From assembly GCF_018977255.1 (NCBI RefSeq), contig NW_024704743.1:48734001-48798000 (forward strand): a stretch of 64,000 nt of DNA, read 5' to 3'. The stretch's first letter is position 1; every line of letters starts with the position of its first letter. Positions 48,471-61,829 of this stretch are shown piece after piece. Origin of the DNA: Callorhinchus milii (lineage: Eukaryota). A model generated the notes under the pieces. It was not told the DNA's origin. It searched no databases and saw nothing but the letters and a program-made list of their open reading frames with translations. The translations under genes were made by a program, and so were the position numbers.

Positions 48471-51207
48471 TGATGAGAGGTGCACAGAACTTCAGGAAAA
48501 CGAAAAAAAAAAAACCAGCCAGTTTGAAGATTGCCAGAAAATAAAGAAGTGGTTTTAAACTTCTTTAATTGGCAAAGAAAGTAATTGCAACTCCCACAGT
48601 GTCGCTTCACCAGCTGCTGACCGGGTGGATCCAAGTGGCTTTGGAAACGTGTTAAAAACGTTGAGAACAGTTGAGAATTTTTTAGTGGTTTTTTTGTTTG
48701 GGGGGGGGGGGGGGGGGGTAAAACGTGCGAGATTTGGGAGTCGTGAACGTGGCATTTTTTTTTCTCTCTGGCAAGTTAAATCAGTGATCCAATTCTTTAT
48801 TTTGCAGCAGAAAATCACACACGTTTTTCGGGCTCTGCAAAAAAAGAAAGCATTGCCCCACTCGTTACATTTAACGCAGGAGTTTTCTGAGGATGTCGAT
48901 TTCTGCAGCAATCGTCCACTCCGCATCACATTTGCTGCAGTTTTGTAACACGAGTTGAAATAAATGAATCGAACTGAATTTGATGTTATTTTTCCACCTC
49001 CCCTTCTAATCCCATTTCCTTTTCTAATCCACAACGGATTTATTATTATTTTAAAAAAAGAAACCCCAACAAAACAGCGCACACACGTCTGTTTCGACTC
49101 TCTACGGTTTTCAGAAGATGCTCTTTTTTTTGCAAAGTTACAGCTTTTATTGTAGTGTCATTTTCTCGACAGCCGACACGCAGCTGATCGTTTCTTCTGC
49201 AATACAGTGCTGGAAAATCATGCCAGGGATTACGTCCTCTTAAATAAAATATCATATGCGTCAGGGATTTGTCACGACCGAGCTATGCAAAGCCCCTCCA
49301 AATCTGCGAGTGAAATTTCACTCAGTTTAGTCTGAATTTGAACGTCAGCCTTTGCTGTTTTTATTGGGGGGAAAAAAATGACCGACTTCCAAATAACCAT
49401 TCTCCCGTTTGGATAGTTGCTCACAGTTAATGATAGCAATGTCTACGATGCTGTGGGGCTCTTACATTTCAGATAAACTGATCTGAGCAGCTCAAAGGCT
49501 AAATGGACTTTGTGGTCCCTTATTCTGATGTGTCAGAGTTTGCAAAGTCGCAGTTTGCAGTCAGGGGCTGTGCTCCCCGAGTGCTCCCCGGACCTGTTGT
49601 TGTTTTTTTTTCTGCAATTTTCAAACTCTCCAATTAATATATCTGTTCATCTCCTTCTGTGTTGTGGGACCGGTTTCGTGCTGCGTTGTGGCATTTCAAT
49701 CGTCGCGGGGCCCGTCGCCAGACCCACCCCGGAGAGCCTACGTCCAGGGTTCGGTTCAGGCGCCCCGGGATTCAAGCCATACTATACTGTGCCCAAGAGT
49801 TTTAAGTATTTTGAATTAAACGCGGCCCCGTCGGCTGCATCGTTGGCAAAGATCAAAAAGGGACATCACGATGTGTGACGCTCCTCTGTGTTTTGAGTTG
49901 GGTTCTGCCCCGGTCCTGCGACATTACATTTCCATTTGCAAATAGACAAGAATTAAATCGCGATCGAACTCCTATCTGACAGCTCTCATTGCAAACGTTT
50001 TCGTATGTGGTGCATTTGATTGCTTCCCCCTCTTTGAGTGACCGGGTGACAGAATGCAAACAGGCGCTTTTTTTTGTGTGTGTGGCACCTGCTTTAACTT
50101 AGATGTGGCAGTCATTAGCAGAAAAGAGAAGCGAAGGGACCCCCACGTGCAACTTTTTAGTGTAAATTCGCTCAGAAATATCTTTGAAGTTTTTTGTTGC
50201 CAGACTGCAACTCGGTGCTGCAGCAGCATCAGGTTGAGTGGGTTTTGCTCAGTAGCTGCCGAGAGATGGAGAGCAGGTCTCCCAGTGACTGCTGATTGAC
50301 ACAGGGAGGGCAGGAAGGACAGTCTTTACCTACAGCACTGCAGGCTGAGAGCTTAGCGAACTCGAAATAATAACATGGGCTACTTACTGTACGTGGAAAA
50401 TGACCACGAACGCAGCCCGAAACCCCCAGTCACAAGGCAATCACATTGCCAATATAACTGCTGCAAACAATTCTTGCCGAACGGTTCAAATCATTCAATC
50501 CCAGCCCTTCGTCAAGTGGCTTTGCAGAAACATTGAATAATAATACAACCAGAAATTAAACAAATAAACCGTGAAACGTGGCGGCTCACTCAATAAGCCT
50601 AAAAGTATCTTTCAAAGCCTAGACAGATGTTGAGATGAAGTTACAGACGCGTTACTAATATTCGTTTCTTTTATATACAATATATAATAAAACTAGTTTT
50701 ATTCTCAGAAAACTCGTGTCCAATTGTACTTTTTTATTAGCTGAATGAAAGCTTTTGATGTGAGAACATTGTTCTGTGTGTATAAAGCTTGAATCTACAA
50801 TCATACAACATTGCTGTATCATAAGCCTTGCATTTGCTTTCTACAATCATAAGCTTTGCATTTGCATTTGATGGTCCGATTCACAGGAGATAAAACACAA
50901 CTCTCTTTTTTTATTCGGCCGACCAGTTCCATCAGGATCAGTTTCTCACATTAAAAAAAATGTAACCAAGGTTATTTTCTTCACTTCGCACGTATTTTTT
51001 TTTTTGCAGGTTTCTTTTGAAAAGGAAACAGAAATGAATTAAAATGACTCAACCACGTTCGAGTATAAGCTCAGCAAATGTGAAATGTGGAACTTTGCAA
51101 ACATTTAATTCACAGATTTTCGTATTATTAAAAAAGTATGGTATTTCACACACACATACACACACACACACACACACACAGACATGACATGGTTGCATTA
51201 ACTATTA

Positions 51208-51227
51208 TCTCCACCAGAGGACGCCAG
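51208..51227 (+). promoter_or_regulatory. CTCF-like motif
   Basis: CTCCACCAGAGGACGCCA, one mismatch to CCACCAGAGGGCGCCA. Confidence 0.4.
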
Positions 51228-51816
51228 ACACCAGGGTCTCAGCTTGGGATTTGAACTCAGAAGTATGAACACAGCAGCTAAAAAGTAACATGCACTTTTT
51301 ACATTTTACTGTCGATTAAAGACATTTTAGAAGCAAAGATGCCGGCTGCAAATATAAAATGGCATGTGCAAAAAAAAAATCTAGAAAAGTACTTTTTAAT
51401 AGCCTTTAATCTAAAATAGGAGGTGATAAGCATTGCAGACCCAACTCAAAACTTGTCATCGGTTGGGTTTGTGCCCCAATCTGCCTGAATTGTTTGCAAT
51501 TCCTGTTTGAGGACTGAGCTCCACCTGACGCTTCCCAACTCGGAATAAACTGAGGAATAAGATACATCAGCGAGTGACCCTTTCTTTTGCAGCTGTGCCA
51601 ATCCCTTAATAAACAACACATCCTCAGTCTTTAAACTGGTATTTGGAGCTTGGTCGTAAGAGACCAAGTAAAACACACAAAAACAGTAAAACTTGCAGTA
51701 AAACACACTGGTGCACAGGCTCCCGCAGTCTATCAGATAGATCAGCAATGTGATTCCTCACCTCCACGAGGTGAGAAGGGAAGAGATCAACTGCGAAGCC
51801 TTGACCCACAATTGAT

Positions 51817-51821
<5 letters not shown>

Positions 51822-51851
<30 letters not shown>
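51822..51851. repeat. (TG)n microsatellite; an opposing (CA)n lies at about 51147-51180
   Basis: Visible dinucleotide runs. Confidence 0.95.
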
Positions 51852-51854
<3 letters not shown>

Positions 51855-54234
51855 ATCTGTCACAATTACAGCTGTTTCACACAGTAACGAGAGCTGCAAT
51901 CTGCAGACTCGGAAAGGGCTGCAGTTTCTGGGACGATTCGTCACGCAAGTTCTGTTTTTGCTTTTACCCCTTTAAATAATGTCAGCGAAGATATTCCAAA
52001 GCAAAACTGAAACTGGCTGGAGATCAAGGCTTGGAGAGAATTGCTGCACTTGTGAGAATCGCAGCTATAGATTAAACCCCCCCCCCCCCCCCCCCCCAAG
52101 AAATTCCAGCTTAAATGCCACAGAGCACAGCACTGTTTGCACTCCAGTGGGTGCCCAGTGATGTAACTCAACCATCGCAGTGGGTTGCATTTAAAACCAA
52201 ACACACAGTATATTAAATAACACTGAATCAACAGGAACAAAAAAAAAGACGGCAGATCAACAAAATCAAGAAGTTTTCGGAGGCTGTAAATCTGTCCTTG
52301 AGGATTGCTTGGGTATCAGGAAACACACGACTCAAATGTACTGCAAAGAGTGAGAGTGATGTGCCTCTGGATGTGATTAATTACTGATCACTAAGCAATG
52401 ACAGTCTGTGTCTGTGAGCAGCCTTTTACAACTGTCTCCTGCTGAACAACTATACTGTAGTTGTTAAGATGTGAGCAGTTGTGCCTGCAACTGCCCAAAC
52501 TAACAGCATGGTCAGAAAGCCTGCTCACAGCATTGTGCTCCTGTTATACTTTACATTTCATCATAATAAATCGCAGTCTCGTGTGTTTTTTTTTAATGTG
52601 TAAAGTGAGAGGGAGAGAAAGCGAAGGTATTGAAAGCAATTAATTTTCTAAGACTGGCAATCCATGAATTTATTGCCTGTCGTAGAACCCCATTGTTCTC
52701 CTCATTAGGGGACACATCGTGACAGTGTGATATATTCACGGTGACGGGCCAAGTATTTCTGCAAAGGGAAAAAGTGCTCTTTCCATAAATGCCGAAAATA
52801 TGAGGCCTTTTTTGGCAGGTGATTGATTTGTGGGTTAGATGCTAATACTCCATATGAGATGCCAAGGATGGAAAAGGTATCTTAGGCCAACGCTCGACTT
52901 TCTCTAAGCCTGTAGCGTTTGGCGTAAGATCAATTTTTCTCTCATTCCTGTCTACACACTTAGAATAGTCTGACTGCTTCTTGGCCAGCAGTCATCATGT
53001 GCTCTTAAAGGTGTCGACAGAATGTTTTTCAGCTGTGAGAAAAGCTACAGATTTTATGTCAGGCTTAAAAGATACATGTCTCGATAAACACGTCTGCCTC
53101 CAATAATTGGCAAGATTCTTTGTGGAAAAGCAAAAGCAAAAAAAAGTTATATAAGCAAGGAAAGTGGCATGAATGGCGTGAAATAGCATGGCTTTGAAGG
53201 TGTGCCTCTGAAAGTTCTATTTGGGGTGGAGATTTTTCAATTATGTTTAAAATTTCTTACAAATCTTTGTTTACTAAGAATCGTAGAGGCTATCCCGCCT
53301 CCTCCTTTCTTGTTGAAACTTGTGCCTTTTTGCCCTGTTGTCCTTGACTGACATTTCCGAGCCACAACTACAGCCGGTTCCTGCAACAGAGCAAGCATTA
53401 CAATGATTGTTTTTGTGGCTCCAGTTATCCAAAAGGGAGCCAATCCAATTGGAACACAATTTACCACAAGTCCAACAGAAATTTGATTGCATTTGAAAAC
53501 TGAGAGGTCAATACAAGGGCACTAAACCAATGTGTCCAATCCTTATTTTTAATGCATTTTATTTATATACTGTATATTGATAAACAAATGCAAATTCATA
53601 TTAAGACAAAATCCACTTCTGAATACCAGTCTCCTGACTCTTTCAAGTGACTGGAAGAGAAATACAGATTACAAATTATACTATAATAGGAATAGAAATT
53701 TGGAGTCTGTAATGTGATATCATATTCAATACTGCAGATTTCTTCCCAATAAATGACTAGCTCTGAATTAGTAGCAGTTTGGTGTGGGAGCCCTTTAGAT
53801 TAACCTACGGAATGCAGAGGCCCAAGTTCTTTCCTTTCTCCCTTCAGAAGTTTTCAGTTCACCAACTAACTATGTTGCTGAAATAGAGACTAAAATCAGT
53901 GTAATGAAGTTATTTGAACATCACGGGTAGCTTCATTGCAGGAGTGGTATCCCAAATAACTAACGGGCACAAAACACAATTTCTGTTAAAAGTAAAGACA
54001 AATCTATAATATTCTATTCATCCAATTGTCTTTTCCCCCATCATGTTACTTTCTCCTTTCCCATTCACTCTGCATCTTATTTTGTTGATTCCTCTATCTA
54101 ATCAAATTCAGCCACTTTCTGTTCCAGTAATCAAACAGCCGAACAATAATGATTGACATCCTGCATTTATGTGACCAGGTCAATGTCTGTTACATTTTTA
54201 CATGTCAGGATGAGAAAGAGATGTTGAATAATTG

Positions 54235-54460
54235 CTAATTGGTGGCCCACAGAGTACAAGTTAACCTATAAACAGTGTGTGAACACTTTATCTGAACAAT
54301 TGTTGGCCAGGACACAAGTCTGTTTTCAATCAGAACTATGAGATCCACTGAAAAACAGGTAAAATAGGACCTCAGTTTAATGACTTGTCTGAAGATCGTC
54401 ACCTCAGGCAATGGAGTGCTCCCCCCAATACTGCACTGGAGTATCAGCCTAGAATATAAA
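54235..54460 (-). mobile_element. Decayed DeuSINE-type SINE fragment (family B)
   Basis: TTGGCCAGGACAC..GGACCTCAGTTTAA..ACTGCACTGGAGTATCAGCCTAGA. Confidence 0.65.
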
Positions 54461-55178
54461 CTATGAGTAGCAGCTTGTTTGGTTAATCTGAAAACCACTG
54501 GCAAGTGTGGTCTGGACCTCACTTTCCAAATCACCATCTTACAGCATGAGTGATTCTTTTCCCTTCCATCTGGAGCATATAGATGTTCCCAGCTACACCT
54601 TTTAGAATGTCATATCATTTATTCCGTGTAGATAACATGTACAATAAAGGGTATTGTTACAAGGCTGCAGATCAGGTAGAAGTTGAGGTGAAATCACAAA
54701 TTGCTCGAGTGTTACCTCTCTTGACTTATGAAGATCAGATGAATCTCCAGACTGGATCCATCGGACCTCCGCAGTCTGTGTTATTTTATATAATTCAGAG
54801 ATATACGACAAAGAGGCAGAGTTTATGAGGCAATTAATGGCTCCGGCACATTGACTAAACGTTGAGGTCACAGGCCTCATCATTTTATGAGCAGCTCAGC
54901 AGATATTGCATTACACAATCTAATCTTGTATCTGTCAGGCTTACAGTACGCTTTGGAACTTACTAAGAAGACAATATTTGCCTGACTGCTTTGACAATGT
55001 TTGTCATGTGGAGTTTTAATAGTGACAAACACAGTGACTGGTAAGTTAGTGAAGGGTGATGGGAAGAGTGACGAATAAATAATCATAAAGTGAAGTCACA
55101 TAATAATGGGGGATAATGATTTCTGTTTAAAAGATTTTTTCAGAAAACAGCTGCAGAAATTCAGATCTTTGTGGCTTT

Positions 55179-55554
55179 GTGGAGTCCTGCAGTTCAGTGA
55201 GTTAGAGCACTCGCCTCGCAAGCGAGAGACCTGGGTTCGATTACCACCAGGGTGAAATGTTGGGCAAGTTTCTTTACCCCACACACCTCTGTTTACCTAG
55301 CAGTAAGTAGGAACCCGGTTTTAGTCGATTGGCGGATTGCTTTTCCGGGGATAATAATCCTTAAAAAAAAACAATAATAATTTGGTCACTCAATCCACGG
55401 CTGTTTGTGGGCATTGCTGTTTGCAATTGGCTGCTGCATTTTGCCCACAAATATACAGTTAATTCACTTTATAGTATATTCTGTGAAGTGCTTTGGGATG
55501 TCTCGAATACGTGAAAAGACCTATATCAAATGCAAGGATTATTATTATTTATTA
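55179..55554 (+). mobile_element. tRNA-derived SINE (family A, long subfamily), full length
   Basis: GTGGAGTCC start, A/B boxes, internal segment of about 62 bp at 55289-55350, Deu-like core, (TTA)n tail. Confidence 0.9.
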
Positions 55555-56500
55555 TGAGTTCTGCTGAAGCATTATATAAGAAACATTAACCTGTCTTTCA
55601 GTTTCCATTTCCAGCATTTTTTATACTTTTTGCAAATTGACAGCCAGTTGCAGTTTTTCCTTTTGTCTCTTGTAGGTGATATTGTCATGCCAGGTTGTCC
55701 TTTTGAGAGTTATCAGAGTGACACTAAAACTTTTGAGGTGGGCTGTGTTGTTGGACTGGTGAGTAGGTGTCAAGTCATGGATTTGCTTGGTTAGGTGTTC
55801 ATTGTGTTCTGTTACCCTTAATAAAACTAAGAGAAAATGATTTATCGGTAAATTCAATTGGAGAACTGCATCAATACTGCCTACACTGGGTTACTCCGCA
55901 CTGTAAGTGTGCTCAGTGAAAGAGTTTTTATTCAGATTGTTTAATTGTTTGATTCACATTCTTTTGGCCTGAGCTGGTGCAACTAACCGCCATTAAAAGC
56001 AACATGAAAGGCACTAAACAAATGTCATTTTGTATTGTATTGTATTATAAATTTGGTTTCTAAATCAAAAAGGTAGGATCTGGAATTAATTTATTGTCAA
56101 ATTAAATGCTTTTATTGCATTATTTGTTTGCTATGTGAGTATCTACATGGATATTTTATTTCTGGTTCTCTACATACGAACCTATGTCCCACAGCAGAGT
56201 GGCCTAAAAGCAGAACAGATTGGAAGTTAATGTATTGTGTGCTGTTAATCCATACCCGGGATTGTTTTACCATTGTGGATCACCTTGTGTGTAACAATTA
56301 TTGGTGTAATAACTAGTATGTTCTGTCCAGTTGGCTCCTGTTGGATTTACTATTTACAATAACTGATTGTGCACAATACAATAATAATAATCCTTGCATT
56401 TGATATATCACTGTGAACTTCAGACCCTCTCTCTTCGAATGCACATATGACCACTATGCCCGCCCCTCTCGGCTTGGCATCAGGGCGTCCAAACTCATCC

Positions 56501-56560
56501 CTGTAAAGCGCTCTGAGATGTTATTCTACATGAAGGATAACATCTCAGAGCACTTTACAG
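56501..56560. repeat. Near-perfect 26 bp inverted repeat (60 nt hairpin) derived from an L2 3' tail
   Basis: CTGTAAAGCGCTCTGAGATGTTATTC .. GGATAACATCTCAGAGCACTTTACAG with an 8 nt loop. Confidence 0.9.
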
Positions 56561-58461
56561 CTCTCTGAGATGCTATCCTATATAATATATCCTATATCCT
56601 ACTATATAAATGTGTAGTTGTTGAGTCTGTAACCTATAGGTTTCTAGATATGCATCTCTTTTATTCTTTCTTTATTTTATCAATACTGTACTTTTATGTT
56701 CAATGTTCCTCTGATTTTTCCTCTTTGGTTCTGCCACATTCCAAATATGTCACCCAACACATGCTTCCTCCTCCTTGCACCCTCGCCTGTTTAGCTCGAA
56801 CCTTATCAAATCATCTTCTGCTCTGACTAGTAACCTCTTCCCAATTCAAGCCATTCTCTCTCTCCTATTCTTTTCAGATTTGTTGATGTCCTGTGTTACA
56901 AACTGGTGATTTGAAAGGTGAGGCCCAGACGACACTAGTTCATATCCTGGGCAGCTACTCCAGTGCAGTACTGGTGGGAGCACTGTATGGCCAAAGGTGA
57001 TGATCTTCAAGATATGACATTAAATAGCCTGTCATTAATTAAAAATAATAGTAAACCTTTCATTTGATATAGGGTCCTTCATGTCAGGAGGACGTCTCAA
57101 AGTGGATTTACTATGAAGTGCAGTGATGGTGTATTCTGCAGTCGATTGTCTTGAAATACTTGAATTGTCCAAGAAAGTTTAAGGGACATTAAGGAATGGA
57201 GTCTGCATTGAATCACTCCTGATGCGTTTCCACTGCAGTGGTGCAAATTGCTTTGCCGTCAAAACTGTCTTCTCAAGGGGGCCATAGCATTGGGGCTCCA
57301 GCACATTTTACTTCCAAATTTAACTGCTCAATCCTGATTTATACTGTACTTTTCACACCGAAAAGTGCAGTATAAACGCAGCATAAAAGAAGCAGATGAT
57401 GTGATTGACAGGAGGCTGTGCTTTTTTAACAGCAGTTTACTGAGTAATTGTGTTAAAATATACTGTACAGAGGATGATGGATAGCTCTAAAGAAGCTAGT
57501 CTACCTAACTGGGGGTGGGGAGGTAGGGAGTTGTTGCCTGATAAAACTGTAAATTCTGTGTCATCTGAGCTCAGGGCCTGGATTACGTTTTACATTTGAC
57601 TAGTTTCACCTGTTAACATTTACAGTATAAAAATGTGAATTTTACCTTTACATTTTTAAAACATGATTTTACACAGTCCAATAAACTGCTTGTTTGACAT
57701 ACAGTTTATCACAGCTATTTGGGGAAGTGCAGAATGGCGTGAAGCTATGTGATGATTTTGGCTTGGGGTGAGATCAGGAAACAGAGACTGATATTACCTG
57801 GTTGGTTATGGAGGTAGATTGCAGGAACATTCACCATCTTGTGACTTTTATGGTGTTTTTGTTTCTTCAACCTGATGTCATCATATGTAAATTATAATAC
57901 ACCTGATCATTTCTGATACCTGTACAAAACTGCCAACTGTTGTTCCTGTAATTGGTGATAGAGTATTGCATGGTTGTTGAATATGGTTATTTAGAATGTT
58001 TTGTAGGTATGTGGTTATTCAGTATATTGTGTATACTGTTCCTGTGGGATGGGGACAATGTTATTCAGTGTATTTTGTATACAGTGATCATACCACAGTT
58101 ACGAATGTTATGTTTTTTGGAGCTCAGCAACCTTGATCATTCAGATATGCATAAAACGGACAACACAGCTAACATGAGTGTCCCAGTTACAATGCATGTT
58201 TGGCAGCAAAAGTGGCACAATATTTTATTTTTTACATAGCAAACAGTTTTAAAAATAATGGGCGGATTAATGAGCTGCCTTTAAATATCTTGGTGCAGTG
58301 TGCTGGGCGAGTGACACTTGGAAGGTAGTTATGCATGCAGCCATGCACTGATAGATTTTATACTGTTATGGTTCTGATTAGAAACTGACAACTAGAACAA
58401 ACAAAAGAAACACTGAGTACCTTTGATGACAACATTTTGAAAGAAAAGTCCTTCACAAGAT

Positions 58462-58782
58462 GTGGAGTCCTGTAGCTCAGTGGTTAGAGCACTCGCTTTG
58501 CAAGTGAGAGACCTGGGTTCAATTCCAGGCAGAGGGCGAAACCTTGGGCAAGTTTCCTTACTCCACACGCCTAATAATAATCCCTCCAAAAACCAAAAAA
58601 AATAATAAATTGGTCATTTTCAATCTACGACTGTTTGTGGGACATTGCTGTGCGCAATTGGCTGCCGCGTTCGCCCACAAATATACAGTCAATTCACTTT
58701 ACAGTGTGTTCTGTGAAGCGCTTTGGGACGTCCTCCCGAAGTGAGAAGCGCTATATGAAATGCAAGGATATTATTATTATTA
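58462..58782 (+). mobile_element. Young tRNA-derived SINE (family A, short subfamily)
   Basis: Full-length copy near-identical to 18263 and 22091. Confidence 0.93.
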
Positions 58783-58918
58783 TGTTGGAGCTTGAAGAAA
58801 TGTTGAAACTGTCCCCATAAATCCTACTGCAAGTTAATTAACAATACAACTCAGAGCATTAAGGATGCTGAAAGATTATATTTTGTTGCAATTATTTATA
58901 TATTCTCATAACTAAAAC

Positions 58919-59063
58919 TTTCTTCTCTTTTTCTCTTTCTTTCTGTCTCTGTCTGTCTCTCGCTCTCGCTGTCTCTTTCTCTCTCTCTTTCTTTCTCTCG
59001 TTTTCTCTCTCTCTCTCTCCCTTTCTTTCTCCCTCTCTCTCTCTTTCTCTCTATCCCTCTCTC
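58919..59063. repeat. Degenerate (CT)n polypyrimidine tract
   Basis: About 145 bp of CT-rich simple sequence. Confidence 0.95.
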
Positions 59064-61374
59064 TGTTAAGTAGCAGCTCAGAATGATGGACGGGGATGTA
59101 CTGTACATAGACTGGGATGTTATTGTGAGCACAGGCTGGAGTGCGACATGGACCTGTCACTTTGTCATCTGCGTGATGAGTGAATTACAGTGCTCAGCTG
59201 CTTGTTTGATGGGGAGGGACCCTAGTGTTAAACTAACAAAGATCACTTGGCAGCCAAAGAAAAGGGAATCCTCTCACTTCTGTCTGCCGAGCAGGCTGGA
59301 AGTATTCCCTGATGGCTGAGAGGCTGAATGCTCAAGGTGCTACTGCAGGCTGTGCTGCTCGCTGCATCTCCATCTGGAGGGCCACTGATCTGAAAGGTTG
59401 GATATCTTTAGTAATTCAGTCATCTGAGAGAGATCACTCCTGGAAGCAGGCTGGAGTGGCCCCCAGTCACAAACATATTCTCAACCAGAGATCAGTCTGG
59501 AATAAAGAACCTTTAAATTACAGTGCCCCACCATGAAATTGGATACTTTTAAAATTTAATATTAGACCACATTGGAGATTATTTACTTTTTTTGTGTGAA
59601 TGTGATTGAGGCCCTGTAATGCAGTAATATGCACAGATGGTATTGAATCTCACACTGTGGTGCTCGCTTCTCACAAGATGTGATGGAGCTCCTTTTGGAA
59701 GCGTTACAGCATTTAGATTATCTTGAACAACAATTTAGAAATCTTCCAAAGATTGTGTTTAATGATAATAATAATAGTAATACTTGCATTTGATGTAGCT
59801 CCGTATCATGCCTTTGAGATGTTTTAAAGTGCTTCACGCAATATACTGTAAAGTCAATTGACTGTATATTTTGTGCATGAAACTCAACAGCAAATTATGT
59901 CCAGTTGTGACCCACAAACAGTCGTGGATTGTAATTTTTTTTATCAGTAACACAACATTTTTATGAAACACTTGTGTATCTTTGAAATAGTACTCAATAG
60001 TAAATACTGTAGCATAAAACACATACATTATGACTCATCGCGAAAATGGTCTTGAAATTGTGCACACTATTTATTTCAGTCTTTTGACTGACCATTTCAG
60101 TGCAGAGCAGTCAGTGGTTTCCTGGGAATCTTGTAGAATAAATAAAAGTTGTTTTCAAATGAGCCTGCTTTAGATAATTGGGCAAAAATCATAAAAGTTG
60201 TCCCCTTCCTCAACATTGGGTTCCCTTAAGCTTAATGATCACAATTTAAAACAAAATAAACAATATATGAATATTGTTGAATATCGCAAGCATATTGCAA
60301 GTCTGTCACCAAACTAACTGTATTACCATGAACAGAACATGTAAATTCACTCAGTTAGATGTAGGACAATGTGGCTTTGAGTATTTTTGAAATTCCACTT
60401 TTTTCTGAGGTTTTTAGATAGATCCGAAATGATTTTATTAAAATCCAATTTGAGCAAAAACTCATCAGAGGGTATCCTACACAACTCCAACTATTTCTCA
60501 TGTCAACGAATCAACTTCATTGTCAAATATCTATGAGCTGTATTTCCATTTTTCTCTAGAATTTGCTGATACAATCTGCCTCCATTTTCTCCCTTATCAT
60601 CTTCCCCACATGTCCAGACCAGCTTGCGACTGATCTCAAAACAAACTGCAAACGGTGATGTTGGAAAGTGTCCAAGTTCCAAGGGGGTCCTGTCACTAAA
60701 TCACAGTTTCACTCAGCAAAGAGATTACTTGCAGGGATCTATGGAGGAGTTTATTGCTTCAAGACTGAATTTTTAAATATGCAGTAATCCGCAAAATATA
60801 TTGGGGTTTCAGGCCAAACAATGGCAATGCATCCCAGAGTTGGGGAAAGGGAAGACATAGAAGCAGTTCTAATTTAACTGTTTTACACGGGGACTGGTGA
60901 ATATGTGGAATGGACTATCCAGGCAGATGGCAAGGCCACCAAATTCCACAGAGAAATGGAAATAGATAGCAATTTGGTAAATAAATTGATTGAGGGGTAT
61001 GAGAGATAGAGTTAGAATAGTGTAGGAGATATGTTTCCCTGCAGGACCAGCTTGATGGACTACAATGATCCCATGCAAGCTTATGTTCCCATGAACTTTC
61101 CTCTTCAAAAAAGTTAATGTGAATATAAAGCTTACCACTAGGAAGAGAGGATTATATTCTATAATATTCTATATTCATACAAAATAACAGCCAATTAAGG
61201 ATGACATTTTAACTTGTTTTCCATCTTTGTCACAGATTTTTTTAGCCTCCAATGTAAAAAAAAGTGTTAATAATAATCCTTGCAATTGATATAGAACCTT
61301 ACCACATTGATGAGATGCCTCAAAGCGTTCACAGAATACATTGTAAAGTAGATTGACCGCTTATTTTGTAGTCC

Positions 61375-61762
61375 AAACAACAACAACAACAACAACTTGC
61401 ACTTATATAGTGCCCTCCACGCAGGGCAGCATCTCAGAGCGCTTAACAGCGGTGGAGCCTGACTCCGAGCCAGGGGGAGGTGGCCGTAAGCATGGTCGAA
61501 CAGGAAAGTTTTCAGGTGAGATTTGAAAGAGGGGAGAGAGCGGGCAAGGTGGAGGGATTGAGAGTGAAGTTCCAGAATTTTGAGGCATAGTGGCTGAAAG
61601 CACGACCTCCGACGGTGGGGCGGAGGGTGCAAGGGATGGGCAAGAAGCCGGTGCCAGTCGAGAAGAGACGTCAGATGGTGGAGAGGGGAGTAAGGAGGTC
61701 AAAGAGGTAGGGAGGTTCCAGGGAGTGAATAGATTTGAACCCAAGAGTGAGGATCTTGAAGT
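61375..61762 (-). mobile_element. L2 LINE 3' fragment
   Basis: SLPSFKSHLKTFLFDHAY on the minus strand, L2 tail and (CAA)n. Confidence 0.85.
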
Positions 61763-61829
61763 CGAGCCAATTGCGCAGCCAATTGTGCACAGTAGAATTA
61801 TTCTGTATCAAATGCAAGGATTATTATTA

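Noticed and set aside
55555..55620. Possible Penelope-type hammerhead ribozyme remnant (CTGCTGAAG..GAAAC); related short repeat at about 35110-35180
   Set aside because: The catalytic core is mutated (CUGCUGA rather than CUGAUGA) and stems cannot be drawn convincingly.
58896..59160. Glu/Arg/Lys-rich ORFs
   Set aside because: They are translations of a (CT)n microsatellite.
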